Shown piece by piece: positions 16,400-27,200 of a DNA stretch of 32,000 nucleotides. The position numbers and the translations under genes are program-made. Numbering within the stretch: position 1 is the stretch's first letter; each line of letters begins with the position of its first letter. Source of the DNA: Candidatus Saccharimonadota bacterium (GTDB lineage: Bacteria; Patescibacteriota; Gracilibacteria; UBA4473). The notes beneath the pieces were generated by a model, which was given only the letters and a program-made list of their open reading frames with translations, was not told the origin of the DNA and searched no databases. The stretch lies in NCBI GenBank assembly GCA_965228485.1, contig OZ245819.1:180001-212000 (forward strand), written 5' to 3'.

Positions 16400-17890
16400 T
16401 TAAATATTAATAAGTGGTATTTCGTCGAGTTTTTCAGTGACTCGTTGACTGTTTTCAAGTTTGTCTAAGTATTCTTGATCAATGTCTCCTGTAATGTATT
16501 TTCCATCAAAACAAGAAGCATCAAAAGTTTGAATATTTTGATTTCCTTCACTGGCTGCCCAAACTAGGTCCTCTAATTCTTGATAGAAAAGAGCATCAGC
16601 TCCAAGAACCTGACGAATTTCTTCAGTTGTAAGGTTGTGGGCGATGAATTCTTTTCGAGTTGGCATGTCTATACCATAAACGTTTGGATATTTTACGGGA
16701 GGAGCAGCACTGGCGACATAAACATTCTTAGCTCCAGCGTTCCGACAGAGGGAAACAATTTGTTTCATAGTATTTCCTCGAACGATTGAATCATCTACCA
16801 GTAATATATTTCGGTTTCTAAATTCAAGTGGGATAGCATTGAGTTTTCTTTTTATTGATTTTTGACGCTCTGATTGCCCAGGCATAATAAAAGTTCTTCC
16901 AACATATCGATTTTTAACGAGCCCTTCTCGATACTTGATTCCTGTTATTTTTGACATTTCTAGGGCTACTGGACGGGCTGAATCTGGAACCGGAATAATA
17001 CTGTCAATTTCTAATCCTGAAGCTTCGATCTGTTTCGCTAAAGCTTGTCCCATTCTGAGTTGTGTTTTGTATACAGAGATGCCATCGATCATCGAATCTG
17101 GTCTCGCTAGGTATACGTATTCAAAAATACAAGGATGAATTTCTCCTGGAGCACATTGCTGAGAGGTCATGTTTCCTTGAAAATCAATCAAGACCGCCTC
17201 TCCTGGGGCTACATCTTTTACTTTTTCAAAACCCCCAATAGAAAAAGCCACATCTTCTGAAGCAAAAGCCCATTCATCACCAAAGCTTGTAGAACGTTTA
17301 CCAAGAGATAGGGGACGAATACCATTTGGATCTCGAAAGGCGAAAAGTCCTACCTTATCAATAAGGGTAATTACAGCATAAGCTCCTCGAATTCGTTCCA
17401 TAGTTAATTTTGCTGCTTCAAAAACAGCTTCTGTGTCTTCGATTTCTGAATGGCTTTTTAAAACTTCATAAATTTTATCGGCGAATACATTGAGTAATAC
17501 TTCTGAATCGGAAGTGGTTCGTAGATGTCTTCTGTATTTATGCTGAATTTTTTTTCTTTGTTCTTCTGTGTTGGTTAAATTTCCATTGTGAATAAGATAT
17601 ATTCCGAAGGGGGCATTAACGAAGAAAGGTTGAGCTTCTTTGGCGCTAAGACTCCCAGCGGTTGGATATCGGACATGGCCGAGTCCGGCTTTTCCGCGGA
17701 GCCTTTCTGTGTGATGACTCATAAAGACATCTTTTACCAGGCCATTACTTTTTCGTTCATGAAAGAAGTTTCCATCATGAGTAACGATTCCCGCGGCATC
17801 TTGTCCACGGTGTTGAAGCATTAAAAGTCCATTGTATAATTCTGGGAATACTTCGTTTTGTTGATTGAGAATACCAATAATTCCGCACAT
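16400..17890 (-). CDS. purF: amidophosphoribosyltransferase
   Basis: 496 aa. The N-terminal nucleophile MCGIIGI, plus RGQDAAGI, the PRPP-binding loop ILLVDDSIVRGNT, and ..HNGNLTN.. are canonical class II glutamine amidotransferase/PurF features. Confidence 0.9.
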   Translation of the reverse strand: MCGIIGILNQQNEVFPELYNGLLMLQHRGQDAAGIVTHDGNFFHERKSNGLVKDVFMSHHTERLRGKAGLGHVRYPTAGSLSAKEAQPFFVNAPFGIYLIHNGNLTNTEEQRKKIQHKYRRHLRTTSDSEVLLNVFADKIYEVLKSHSEIEDTEAVFEAAKLTMERIRGAYAVITLIDKVGLFAFRDPNGIRPLSLGKRSTSFGDEWAFASEDVAFSIGGFEKVKDVAPGEAVLIDFQGNMTSQQCAPGEIHPCIFEYVYLARPDSMIDGISVYKTQLRMGQALAKQIEASGLEIDSIIPVPDSARPVALEMSKITGIKYREGLVKNRYVGRTFIMPGQSERQKSIKRKLNAIPLEFRNRNILLVDDSIVRGNTMKQIVSLCRNAGAKNVYVASAAPPVKYPNVYGIDMPTRKEFIAHNLTTEEIRQVLGADALFYQELEDLVWAASEGNQNIQTFDASCFDGKYITGDIDQEYLDKLENSQRVTEKLDEIPLINI

Positions 17891-18023
17891 GTTTTTTATG
17901 TCAAAAAAACCCGACTACCTTTTAGTATTTTTGGAAAAACAAAAACTAAAAACCGTGGGTGAATTCATTAAGTCAATTAAAGACGGAATGATTTTAAAAA
18001 TTATTTTTGATTTTGCAATCGCT

Positions 18024-19571
18024 TTATGGTGAATGTTCTGGATTTGTAGAAACTTCTGGAGTCGTTGGGTTTTCTGCTTCTAGTAATTGGTTGTATTTTT
18101 CTACAGCAAGATTTACAACACTTGTATATTCTGGAGATTCTCTTCCTGTTTCGTAGGCTATTTTGTAGTGTTTTTTCGCGAGGTCTGTTTGATTTTGTTC
18201 CTCGTAGAGAAGTCCAAGATTAAGTTGGGTTCTTGGGTTTGAAGGATCAATTTTAGTGGCTTTAGTTAGGGCTGCCTTAGCCTCAACAAAACGTTTGTTA
18301 GCGATCAGTGCCCAAGCATGAAGGTTGATGGAGAATGGGTCATTAGGCTGGCTTGCCATGAGGACCTCGCTGAACTCTAAACCAATTTCAGGCTTTCTAA
18401 GAATGTCTACAGCGGTATGTATGGCGGAAACAAATTTTTCTGAATCAGTGTTTCCGTCGAGCAATTCTCGATAGAGATTGATGACTTGTTCGTATTTTTT
18501 TTGTTTGGCAAAAATATCTAGAAGTTTCCATCGTACTTCTTCTGAAAACTCAAATTCGTATTCGAGAGCTTTCTCAAAAAAGAGAGCGGCTTCGTCATGC
18601 TTATCTTGTTCATATAAAGCAAGTGCCAAAAAGTACTGAGTTTCTGGTCGGATCGGATCGAGTTCATAAGCCTGTCTAAAATCAGCTTCGGCTGGTCCAT
18701 ATTCAAGAAGTATTAAATTAGCGTATCCTCTGAGCAGCCAACCGTCTATATATTTAACATCTTCTTTGATAGCCACATCTGCAAACTCGCGAGCGAGCAA
18801 GCCTTCATTATTCTGAGAAAGAGCTTTTGAAAACTCTGCAAATAAATGAGCATTCTTCCATTCTGCGAGTTCCTCAAATTCCAAATAGATATTCTCTATA
18901 TCATTTACTTTTTTATTTAGGATATCATCTACGTAAGGTTCTGGATTGTCTTCTATTGCGCCTTCTGGGGTGACCTTGAACTCAGTTTTTTTCACTGGGA
19001 AGTCATCAATCAAGTCGATGATTTCTTTTGCGCCTTCATGGTCATTCTGTAGCGCCAAGAGAATTGCTTCATAGAAAAGTAGCTCGGGAGGAAGGCTTTC
19101 TTGGCTTTGCAGTGTTTGGAGTACTTCTCCAAATTTTCTAGCCGTAATAAATTGTCTTGTTTTCAAGATTAAAGTCTCACTTGATTGTGGAAATTTGTTT
19201 TCCATTTCCTTAATAAGGTTATCTAATTTCCAGACATCACCCGTTCTCAAATAAACTTCTCCGAGAAGAACATAGGGTTTTAGTAGGTCTGGTTTTTGTT
19301 TCATGGCTTCAGCTAGCTCTGCGGCAGCCAAAGAGTAGTATTCGTGATCCATTAGTTTTTGAGCTTCTTCAAGTCGACCTAAATAGGTAATCTTGCGAGA
19401 AATTTTTACCGGAGTTTTTGGAGTTTCTACTTCCAGTGTTGGAATCTCTTGTATTCCAGTATTTGGATTTTCTGAGTCTACAGAATTATTGGATTGTTTT
19501 TGAAACAAGAAAAAAATTCCTCCTGCAACCGCTAAAGTTAAAATAACTACAACAAAAACTTTATTATTCAT
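18024..19571 (-). CDS. membrane-anchored TPR-repeat protein
   Basis: 515 aa. N-terminal anchor MNNKVFVVVILTLAVAGGIFFLF, followed by multiple 34-aa TPR-like units (e.g. AEADFRQAYELDPIRPETQYFLALALYEQDKHDEAALFFEKALEY; AKAALTKATKIDPSNPRTQLNLGLLYEEQNQTDLAKKHYKIAYE). Confidence 0.7.
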   Translation of the reverse strand: MNNKVFVVVILTLAVAGGIFFLFQKQSNNSVDSENPNTGIQEIPTLEVETPKTPVKISRKITYLGRLEEAQKLMDHEYYSLAAAELAEAMKQKPDLLKPYVLLGEVYLRTGDVWKLDNLIKEMENKFPQSSETLILKTRQFITARKFGEVLQTLQSQESLPPELLFYEAILLALQNDHEGAKEIIDLIDDFPVKKTEFKVTPEGAIEDNPEPYVDDILNKKVNDIENIYLEFEELAEWKNAHLFAEFSKALSQNNEGLLAREFADVAIKEDVKYIDGWLLRGYANLILLEYGPAEADFRQAYELDPIRPETQYFLALALYEQDKHDEAALFFEKALEYEFEFSEEVRWKLLDIFAKQKKYEQVINLYRELLDGNTDSEKFVSAIHTAVDILRKPEIGLEFSEVLMASQPNDPFSINLHAWALIANKRFVEAKAALTKATKIDPSNPRTQLNLGLLYEEQNQTDLAKKHYKIAYETGRESPEYTSVVNLAVEKYNQLLEAENPTTPEVSTNPEHSP

Positions 19572-19678
19572 CCGCCAGATATTACTGAGACCGCCTTTAG
19601 TTTCAAAGACTTTTTCGTGTCAAAAATCTCAATTGTTTTCTAATAGAAAAAACCTCTTGAAGAGAGAGGTCAGTAAAA

Positions 19679-19756
19679 TGGGGCGAACGATGGGATTCGA
19701 ACCCACGGCCACCGGAACCACAACCCGGTGCTCTAACCAACTGAGCTACGTTCGCC
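19679..19756 (-). tRNA. tRNA-His (anticodon GUG) with genome-encoded G-1 and CCA
   Basis: The reverse complement reads G GCGAACG TA GCTC AGTTGGTTA GAGC A CCGGG TTGTGGT TCCGG TGGCC GTGGG TTCGAAT CCCAT CGTTCGC C CCA. The extra 5' G pairs with discriminator C73, which is the tRNA-His identity element. Confidence 0.9.
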
Positions 19757-19846
19757 GTCAAAAGCGAGGCTGATTCTAGGCCAAGGTAAAAATTTCGCAA
19801 ATTTTTGTTTTGTTTTCTGAAATTCACTTTAACATAGCGGTGTTTC

Positions 19847-20980
19847 ATGGGATCTGCAAAGTATAAAATTGGTATCGATTGTCGGATGTTTTCTGATAGT
19901 TTTACAGGGATCGGTCGTTATAATTACGAGCTGACAAAACGTCTTTTTTCTCAAACAGAAATCAATGGAAAACCTGTAGAATGGGTTATTTTTATGAATG
20001 AACCTGAAGCTGGGAATTTCTCATTTCCAGATCATGTAAAAAAGGTTTCGGTTAATGCTCGACATTATACTTTTAGAGAGCAGTGGGCTTTCTGGCGAAT
20101 TCTTATGAAAGAGAAATGTGATTTAGTTCATTTTACTCATTTCAACCTCCCGTTTTTGTATAGACGTAAGTTTGTTGTGACGATACACGATACAACGATT
20201 TCTTTTTTCCCAGGGAAGAAAATGAATGTTTGGTGGCGAAAAATGGCTTACCGTTTAGTTTTTGGGCACGCAGTTAAATCTTCAGCTGGGATCATAACAG
20301 TTTCTAAAAACACGAAATTGGATGTAGTAAAACTTTATCCTGGTACAGAGGAAAAAATTACTGTTATCTGGAATGGTCTAGGAAAGGATTTTGTTTCGGT
20401 AGATATTGATGAGCAACTCCAGGTGAGCAAGAGGTATGATTTAAGTGATCGGTTTTTACTTTACACGGGGGTTTGGAGAGAGCATAAAAATCTAGTGGGA
20501 TTAATTAAGTCTTTTGCTCTAATTTCTAAAAATAATCCGGATTTAAATCTTGTGATTACCGGAAAAGAGGATCCTTACTACCCAGAGGTAAAAACGGAAG
20601 TTATAAATTGGGGATTAGAAGATAAGGTTAAGTTTGTAGGGTTAGTACCTTTTCATGACTTAGTGGCATTGTATAATGCGGCTGAAATTTTTGTTTTTCC
20701 GAGCTTTTATGAAGGTTTTGGTTTTCCCCCATTGGAAGCCATGCTTGTTAGCACTCCAGTATGTGCTTCTGAATCAGCTTCCATTCCAGAAGTTTGTGGT
20801 GAAGCGGCCTTGTATTTTGATCCTACGGATATAGAAGACATGGCTCAGAAAGTAGAAATGCTTTTGTTAGATGAAAATTTAAAATCAAGCCTTATTGAAA
20901 AAGGGTTGAAACAGACTTCTCTTTTTTCTTGGGATACTTGTTCTAAGGCAACGTTAAATTCTTATATAAAGTATTCTTAG
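19847..20980 (+). CDS. glycosyltransferase family 4 (GT-B, 'group 1')
   Basis: 377 aa. The C-terminal domain carries the family motif ..FVFPSFYEGFGFPPLEAMLVSTPVCASESASIPEVCGEAALYFDP.., the EX7E-type signature. Confidence 0.8.
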   Translation: MGSAKYKIGIDCRMFSDSFTGIGRYNYELTKRLFSQTEINGKPVEWVIFMNEPEAGNFSFPDHVKKVSVNARHYTFREQWAFWRILMKEKCDLVHFTHFNLPFLYRRKFVVTIHDTTISFFPGKKMNVWWRKMAYRLVFGHAVKSSAGIITVSKNTKLDVVKLYPGTEEKITVIWNGLGKDFVSVDIDEQLQVSKRYDLSDRFLLYTGVWREHKNLVGLIKSFALISKNNPDLNLVITGKEDPYYPEVKTEVINWGLEDKVKFVGLVPFHDLVALYNAAEIFVFPSFYEGFGFPPLEAMLVSTPVCASESASIPEVCGEAALYFDPTDIEDMAQKVEMLLLDENLKSSLIEKGLKQTSLFSWDTCSKATLNSYIKYS

Positions 20981-21044
20981 AATTTCTGGCATTTACTGAA
21001 TCTACTACAAGACATACTTTGAGCATTTAGGCAATGTTTTTGGT

Positions 21045-21074
21045 TTGGTTTTTGGCTGTAAGACAGCTTATAAT
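21045..21074 (+). promoter_or_regulatory. possible sigma70-type promoter of the giant gene
   Basis: TTGGTT (21045-21050), an 18-nt spacer, then a perfect TATAAT (21069-21074), 30 nt upstream of ATG 21104. Confidence 0.35.
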
Positions 21075-21103
21075 CCACTTAACTCACAAAAATAAAAATT
21101 GCT

Positions 21104-21220
21104 ATGCTACACTCTCCTGGAGCGAAGACTTCCTGGTTTGGTGCGATAGGACGTAAAATCCTGTCAATTTTTTTAGTATGGGCATTATTGCTTCCACTAC
21201 TGCCACCACAGGTTTTTGCT
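21104..21220 (+). other. Sec signal peptide of the giant protein
   Basis: MLHSPGAKTSWFGAIGRKILSIFLVWALLLPLLPPQVFA|QS has a basic n-region (R17 K18), a hydrophobic core and an A-x-A-like VFA cleavage site. Confidence 0.7.
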
Positions 21221-24200
21221 CAGTCGGTAGTAGCTCCAAAGGTGCAGGTGACAGATTTAGTGGTATTATTGGTGGATAAAGATTTGGTTTCTCAGGCTTC
21301 TCTTAAAAGTCGAATTAACCGCTATGCAGAAGATGTTCAGAGAGCTCTAGAGCATCAAGCGGTAGTTATTCCTGTGGACACGGATTCATCTATACTTCGC
21401 ATCCATGAATTATTGGCTCAATATTATTTTTCAGGTCGATATAATGATGGACTTTCCCGACTTAAAGGAGTGGTTCTTATTGGGGATTTGCCAATCCCAG
21501 TAGTTGAAAAAAATGGTAATTACTGGCCATCCGTCTTTCCTTATGTTGATTTCGAAAATACGAGTTATACCTGGGATTACGAGAAAGAGCAGTTTGTTTA
21601 TGAAGACAATTACCTCATGGCACCAGAAATCTGGCATAGTATTATTCGTTCAAATAACGAGGAGTTAGAAGATCGGGTGGAGGAGTTAGAAGATTTTTTT
21701 GATAACAATCATCAGGTTCATCAAGAACAGACTGATTTTTCTAAAAAAGTGTTCTATGCTAATTTCGAACGTCAGAGAAAAGTGATTCCTGCTGAATCAT
21801 TTTTTCGATATCAGGAATGGATCAAGTATGCTGAGCCAATTCAGTATCTAAGATTTACAAAACACTTCGCCAATGAGCTTATTGAAAATCAAAAATCTGC
21901 GGGGATTGGAAGTGGTGTTTTTGATAATTTAACAGACGAAGAAAAAGAGGAATTGGCTGATGAAATAGCTGATTCTGAGGAAGATGTATCGAGAGAGGAT
22001 GTTTTAGAAAGTTTAAATGCTGATACACTTTCAATGATGCCAGATGTTCAATCAAAATTACTGATTGATAATTTTGCACAGAGGTATTTTGAAATTTATA
22101 CACATTGGTTAACCGAAGTTCATGAAAGAGTTGGAAAGGCTGCCAGATGGAAAGCTGGAGAGGTAGACACTACCCCGTCACTGGTTTCTCGTAAAGATGA
22201 AGCTTCCGTGCTTATTTTGCGTTATTTTAATGATTTAGTGGAAGAGGAGTTGGTGAAGACTTTTAATGAAAACAATATTGCTACACATCTTTATATTAAT
22301 CATGAGGTTCCAGTAATCTATACAGTTGGTGATGGAGAAGGTGGTTCTCATGAAGAATGGGCTTATAAACCTTTTTATTGGAATGGAGTTTATCCAAAGA
22401 ATGATTTTGAGGTAGAGAATTGTACGCTTATCCGTGGAAGTAAAAGAGATATTCAAAATCAGCCCTTAGCTCAACAGGTTGAAGCGAATAACACTCTGGA
22501 TATTAGAACAGCCGAAACCTGTAAGCATACCCAAGAACCAGGTTATGCTTCGGATCCTTATGGAGGGTGTTGTGCTAAGAATTTGAAGTATGAGAATGAG
22601 GAGTTTACCTATAATGGCTGTATAGCAACTTCCACTTGGATGGGGGGGCAGAATGGGGAGTCTTCACTCTATCATTCAGGAGCACGTAATCCTGTATTAG
22701 GGCTAGCAGGAACAAGAGAGATTGACGGAAAGCAAGGGGCTGCAGGGTGTCTGGCGGCTTTACACTTTAACGAAGCAGAAGAACATTCTACAAAATTTTC
22801 TACGCTTATGATTCATGATGAGCCAAAACCCGAAACGGTTATGGAGCAGGTTGAGGCACAATTTAGTCGAGCCCTTCCAGTGGATGATCCTCGTGGTTTC
22901 TCTTTTTTAGATCACGGTCGTCAATTCCGGCGTCTGGCTTTCCCAAATGTTTTTGAATTTAGAGAGCAGTTTGATAGTTTTGAAGCTTTTGAGGCCGCTG
23001 TTAGGGGCAGTTTGATTTCAAAAATAAAACAAGTTAATCAGATTACAGAAGGAGGTAATGTTGCTTCTGCGGATCGTTTTGATAGTGAATCAACTATTTA
23101 TGCCTGGCCAGCTCCTCCAGAGGCGCCACCAATACCAGCGGTTCAAACAGAAGGAGCTCAGATGGATTGCAGTATTACAAACGGTATTCAACAGGTAGAT
23201 GAATTTACAAAGGTTCGTGTTTGGACACGGAATTGTGAAGAATATGATGAATCTGAAACAACAAGCCCAACCGGGGGAGTAACGACTACTCGAAATAGTC
23301 TGTACAACTATACGGATGTGGTAAAACGTTATTATGAATCTGGTAACGAAATTGAGGAATCAGCCATTGTTGATGAATTTTTAAAAACTGTTGATCTTGA
23401 AAAAGTTTATGAAGCGATTACTTGGATTGATAAAAATGTAGAAGAAAAAAATAGAGAAGTATTTGAGGTGGCAATGGGAGAAGTCGATGAATTCCAACGT
23501 TTCTTTTTTGATACAGAAAGTGACGGTTATGAAGTTGTTGAAATTTTGGGAGAGGGGACTCATGAAAATGGGCTAGAGTTGGCTTTTTCTCCTCTGCAAA
23601 TTAAAGCTGATAGAGAATATGAGGACGGTACTGATACAGGAACAGGAATCGATGATGATGATTTAACTTCTTTATGTGAAGGTATTCCGTCTCGACCAGA
23701 ACTTGATATGGAATATTTGAAAGCCAAGGAAAAGTTTGTGAAATTTCAGTTTAAAAATGGTGAAACTAAAAATGTGTTTTTAGGCCAAGACATGGCGAAA
23801 ACATTTTTAAATACCGAGGCAGAAGATAAGTGTGATCAAATCCCTTCTACCTTACTGTACTGGCCTTCAAAAATTGCTTGTTCAGCCAAGGCTACAGCGA
23901 GTGGGGCGAGTAAAAAATTGTTCTTAGGTGAAAATCTAGGGACCACAAAACCATTTGAGCCGGTGATTGAAAGTTTTGATGTTGATCTTAAAAATAAAAA
24001 TCTATTGGTTGAGTCTGATAACATAATGCTTCATGCACAATCGGTTGATCCACTTGAGGTTAAAGTGAAGCTAGTAGACATTGATGGTAAGTTACAAGAG
24101 CAAGATTTTTCAACGCAGGTGGAACTTGATTTCAGTACCCAAGATGCGGCGAGACTCTTTAAGATTGCTCCATCTCAGAGCTTGCCACTCACCAAAGGAG

Positions 24201-27200
24201 AGGCTATTTTTTATCTGATTCCACAAACTAGTCAGTTTGGTGGTAAAATAGAAATGACTGCTACGGCTACTCGTGATGATTCCGAGCTAGAGCTGGCTTC
24301 AGAGCCAGTACCTGTTTTGGTGAGTCGTTATGGGCTGTTTGGAATATCAGAAAGTGAACAAGTAGTCGTAAAAGACAAGGATGGGGTGAAAATTAAAGCT
24401 CGAATTTTAGATCAAAACAACAAGCTAACGAGCGATATGGATGGTGTGAGCTTGAAATTTAAAACGGAGGCAGGAAGTTTTATTGGGGGAGAAAATAGAG
24501 CTATCGTAAAAGAAGGGATTGCAGAGATTACCCTTTTGCCAGGAACAAAGGCTGGTAAATTTAAGATTTATATTTCAGATCCTTCTGAGAGAGTTGCTCC
24601 TTATGAGGTCAATATTGAGTTATTACCAGATGATCCAGCGACTATATATGTTAGTAAAAAATCATCGTTTTTAGTTCAGGCTTCTTCGTCTATTCCAATT
24701 ACGGCTAAATTATTAGATCAGTACGGGAACATTGTTTATGATGTCTTTCATAAATGGTCTTGGCAGTGGGAAAACTTGAATATTGAATCACTGGAAGAGA
24801 GAGATATAGATCCTCGAGTTTCAGGGCTTCAAGAATTTACAAATTACTCAGGAGAGAGCACGGTGTTGGTGTCTCCAACTCCGGGGACCTCTACGGCAAG
24901 GCTTACTATTGGGAGCGATTACTGGGAAGATGGGAATGCTAGAAGTTTAGGTTTAACGGTAATTAAAGATCCGACCTTTTGGGTCGAGCTCAATAAATCA
25001 GAAGTTATTGCAGGAGGTGAAGATACTTTGTCGGTTTCAGTTGAAGCGCGAACAGCCGAAGGAACCGCTATAAAAGATGATTTTAATATTTCCTTGGTAG
25101 TTTCTCCAGTGAAGGATGGAGCTTATCCTGAAACAATTGACCTTGTGGATGGGAGAGCCTCTTTTGATATTACTCCAGGAACTCTTGCGGGTAAGTTTAA
25201 ACTTTTCTTCCACAGTCCAGGTTTTGTGCCAGGAGAGTCGGAGTTTACGGTTTTACCAGGAGAGCCTGAAAAAATAGAGCTTTCTCGATCAGGGAATGTG
25301 CGTTATGCGGCGGAATTTGATACGGACAAAACGGTCCCAATTGAAGTAAAGGTTTTGGATGAATTTAGAAATGTGGTTCCAACCTTTACTGATAGAATAG
25401 ATTTAAGAGCCACTGAAGTTACCAGCTATTTAGTCGATATCCCAGACGATGAAAAGCAAGTGACTCGGGGAAGTAATATTGTTGAACTTCAGCCAAAAGG
25501 CTTGGCTGGAAAAGTTCGTCTAATTGCTGAACATGATGATTTGGTCGGAGATACTCTTGAATTTGATTTAGCCGATTTCTTTAGAATCCAAGATGTAAAA
25601 AATCTGGCTCCAAAATCATTGCTGACTTTGATTCTTGGTTTTGAAGCTGGGGATTTACGAGATAAAGAAAACTTTGCAAATACCTTTTTACATGTGGGAT
25701 CGACACAATCGGTTGGAACTTTAACTGTGCCGCCATTACCACCTCTTCAGTATGGTTCTCTGGCTCCAGCAGGAAGAATTGGGAATGGATTGATCGCTAA
25801 GTTTGTTTCGAGTTCATATCCAGAATTCTTATTGGAATCTGATGATAAAATTCTGACGCAGCAAAGACTCTTTTTCGGACGTTCACCCAAATTTTATTTA
25901 AATCAAAGTATCTCAGATGAAGGGGTTTATGTGCAAGTGGAAGATGAAGATACCCCAATACTGTTAACTGATAAAACTTTGTACTGGAAAGAGAAACCTC
26001 TTTTGAGATTGGAACCTGAAGGAGGGTTAACCATTTTAAGTGGGGTACTCGAACTCGTTCCAACTGATAATATTTTTGTTTGGGATATTGAGTATGAGTC
26101 AGATGTTATTGGGACGCTTACCTTTGAAGAGGAAGCGAAAGAATTGCAGACAGTTGATAAGTTTGAGTTGATAGATGACTTCTCTGGACTTCAAATTCGT
26201 CCGATTGATACCGATATCTATTTTAATCGTGTGTTTGTTGGTAAGAACACCCATGATGCCTTGGGGGTTGGTATTTTTGATCAACAAAAAACAGAAACCA
26301 GAACTCGACGTTTGGGGGCAGACTTCCCATCAGCCGAATCACTTTTGGTTAACAATGAACTTGTGTGGGATCAAGAATGGAAACCTGGGACTACCATGGC
26401 AGCATTTAACTCGATAGGAATATCTTCTCAGTGGGGATCGAGTGATGCCTTTATTATGTATGGTGACCCAAGCCTGAAATTGAGAGGTGAAAACGAGCGA
26501 AAACCAAATGGATTTACACAAGATATAGGAAGACCTTTATGGAGATCTGGAGATGGAACTATTCGAAAAATTATTGGTATGGATGTCAATGATGATGGGA
26601 ATATGGATGTTCTTTCCCTCGTCGAAAATACATTGTATGCACTCTATCAGACCGATGAAAAAAGGGCTCACTTTAGAGATACAGGACCTATTATTAAATT
26701 TACAGATGGAGTGGTTAGTCTGGCGGGAATTAATCTTGGGAATACAGAAAATCCAGATCACAAAGATCTGATACAACTTAATAGTAGTGGTAAATTAAAA
26801 CTTTGGAAAAATAAAGATCAGGGAGTTTTCCGTTCTCATCAGATTGATCTTGGTCTTGAAAACTCAATAGAGAGTTTTCAGGTAGCAAAACTTAATACTG
26901 ATAATTTTGAAGATTTGATTGTGGTTGACCGTCATCACAAGGTATGGGCTTTGTACGGGAAAGCTAATGAGTTTCATCCTCCAGTGTTTATAAAAGACTT
27001 ATCACCTGAATTTAGAGCAATTGATGAGTCTTTTGCTTATGCTAAAGATGATTACGCTCCGATTAATCTAAAATATTCTATGTTCTCTTTTGAGGGGATT
27101 AGAGAGGTTGAATCTATAGAGCCTTTAGAATGGAATCGTTTCACTAGACCAACAGCGCCAGTTCAAACAGAAATTGAACCAGAAGACTTAGAACCCTTAC

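Noticed and set aside
17891-18023. I looked for a purine or ZTP riboswitch in the purF leader.
   Set aside because: I could not find the conserved cores of either the purine or the ZTP/pfl motif on the minus strand. The region looks like a plain AT-rich promoter.
19603-19848. 81-aa minus-strand ORF.
   Set aside because: It covers tRNA-His (19679-19756) and is spurious.
22673-22750. Possible clan-CD protease His/Cys dyad in the giant protein (LYHSGARNP ... GAAGCLAAL, His524 and Cys549, 25 residues apart).
   Set aside because: Neither residue is preceded by the hydrophobic beta-strand block typical of clan CD catalytic sites. The Cys is more likely part of the disulfide-rich segment. This is too speculative to report as a catalytic site.
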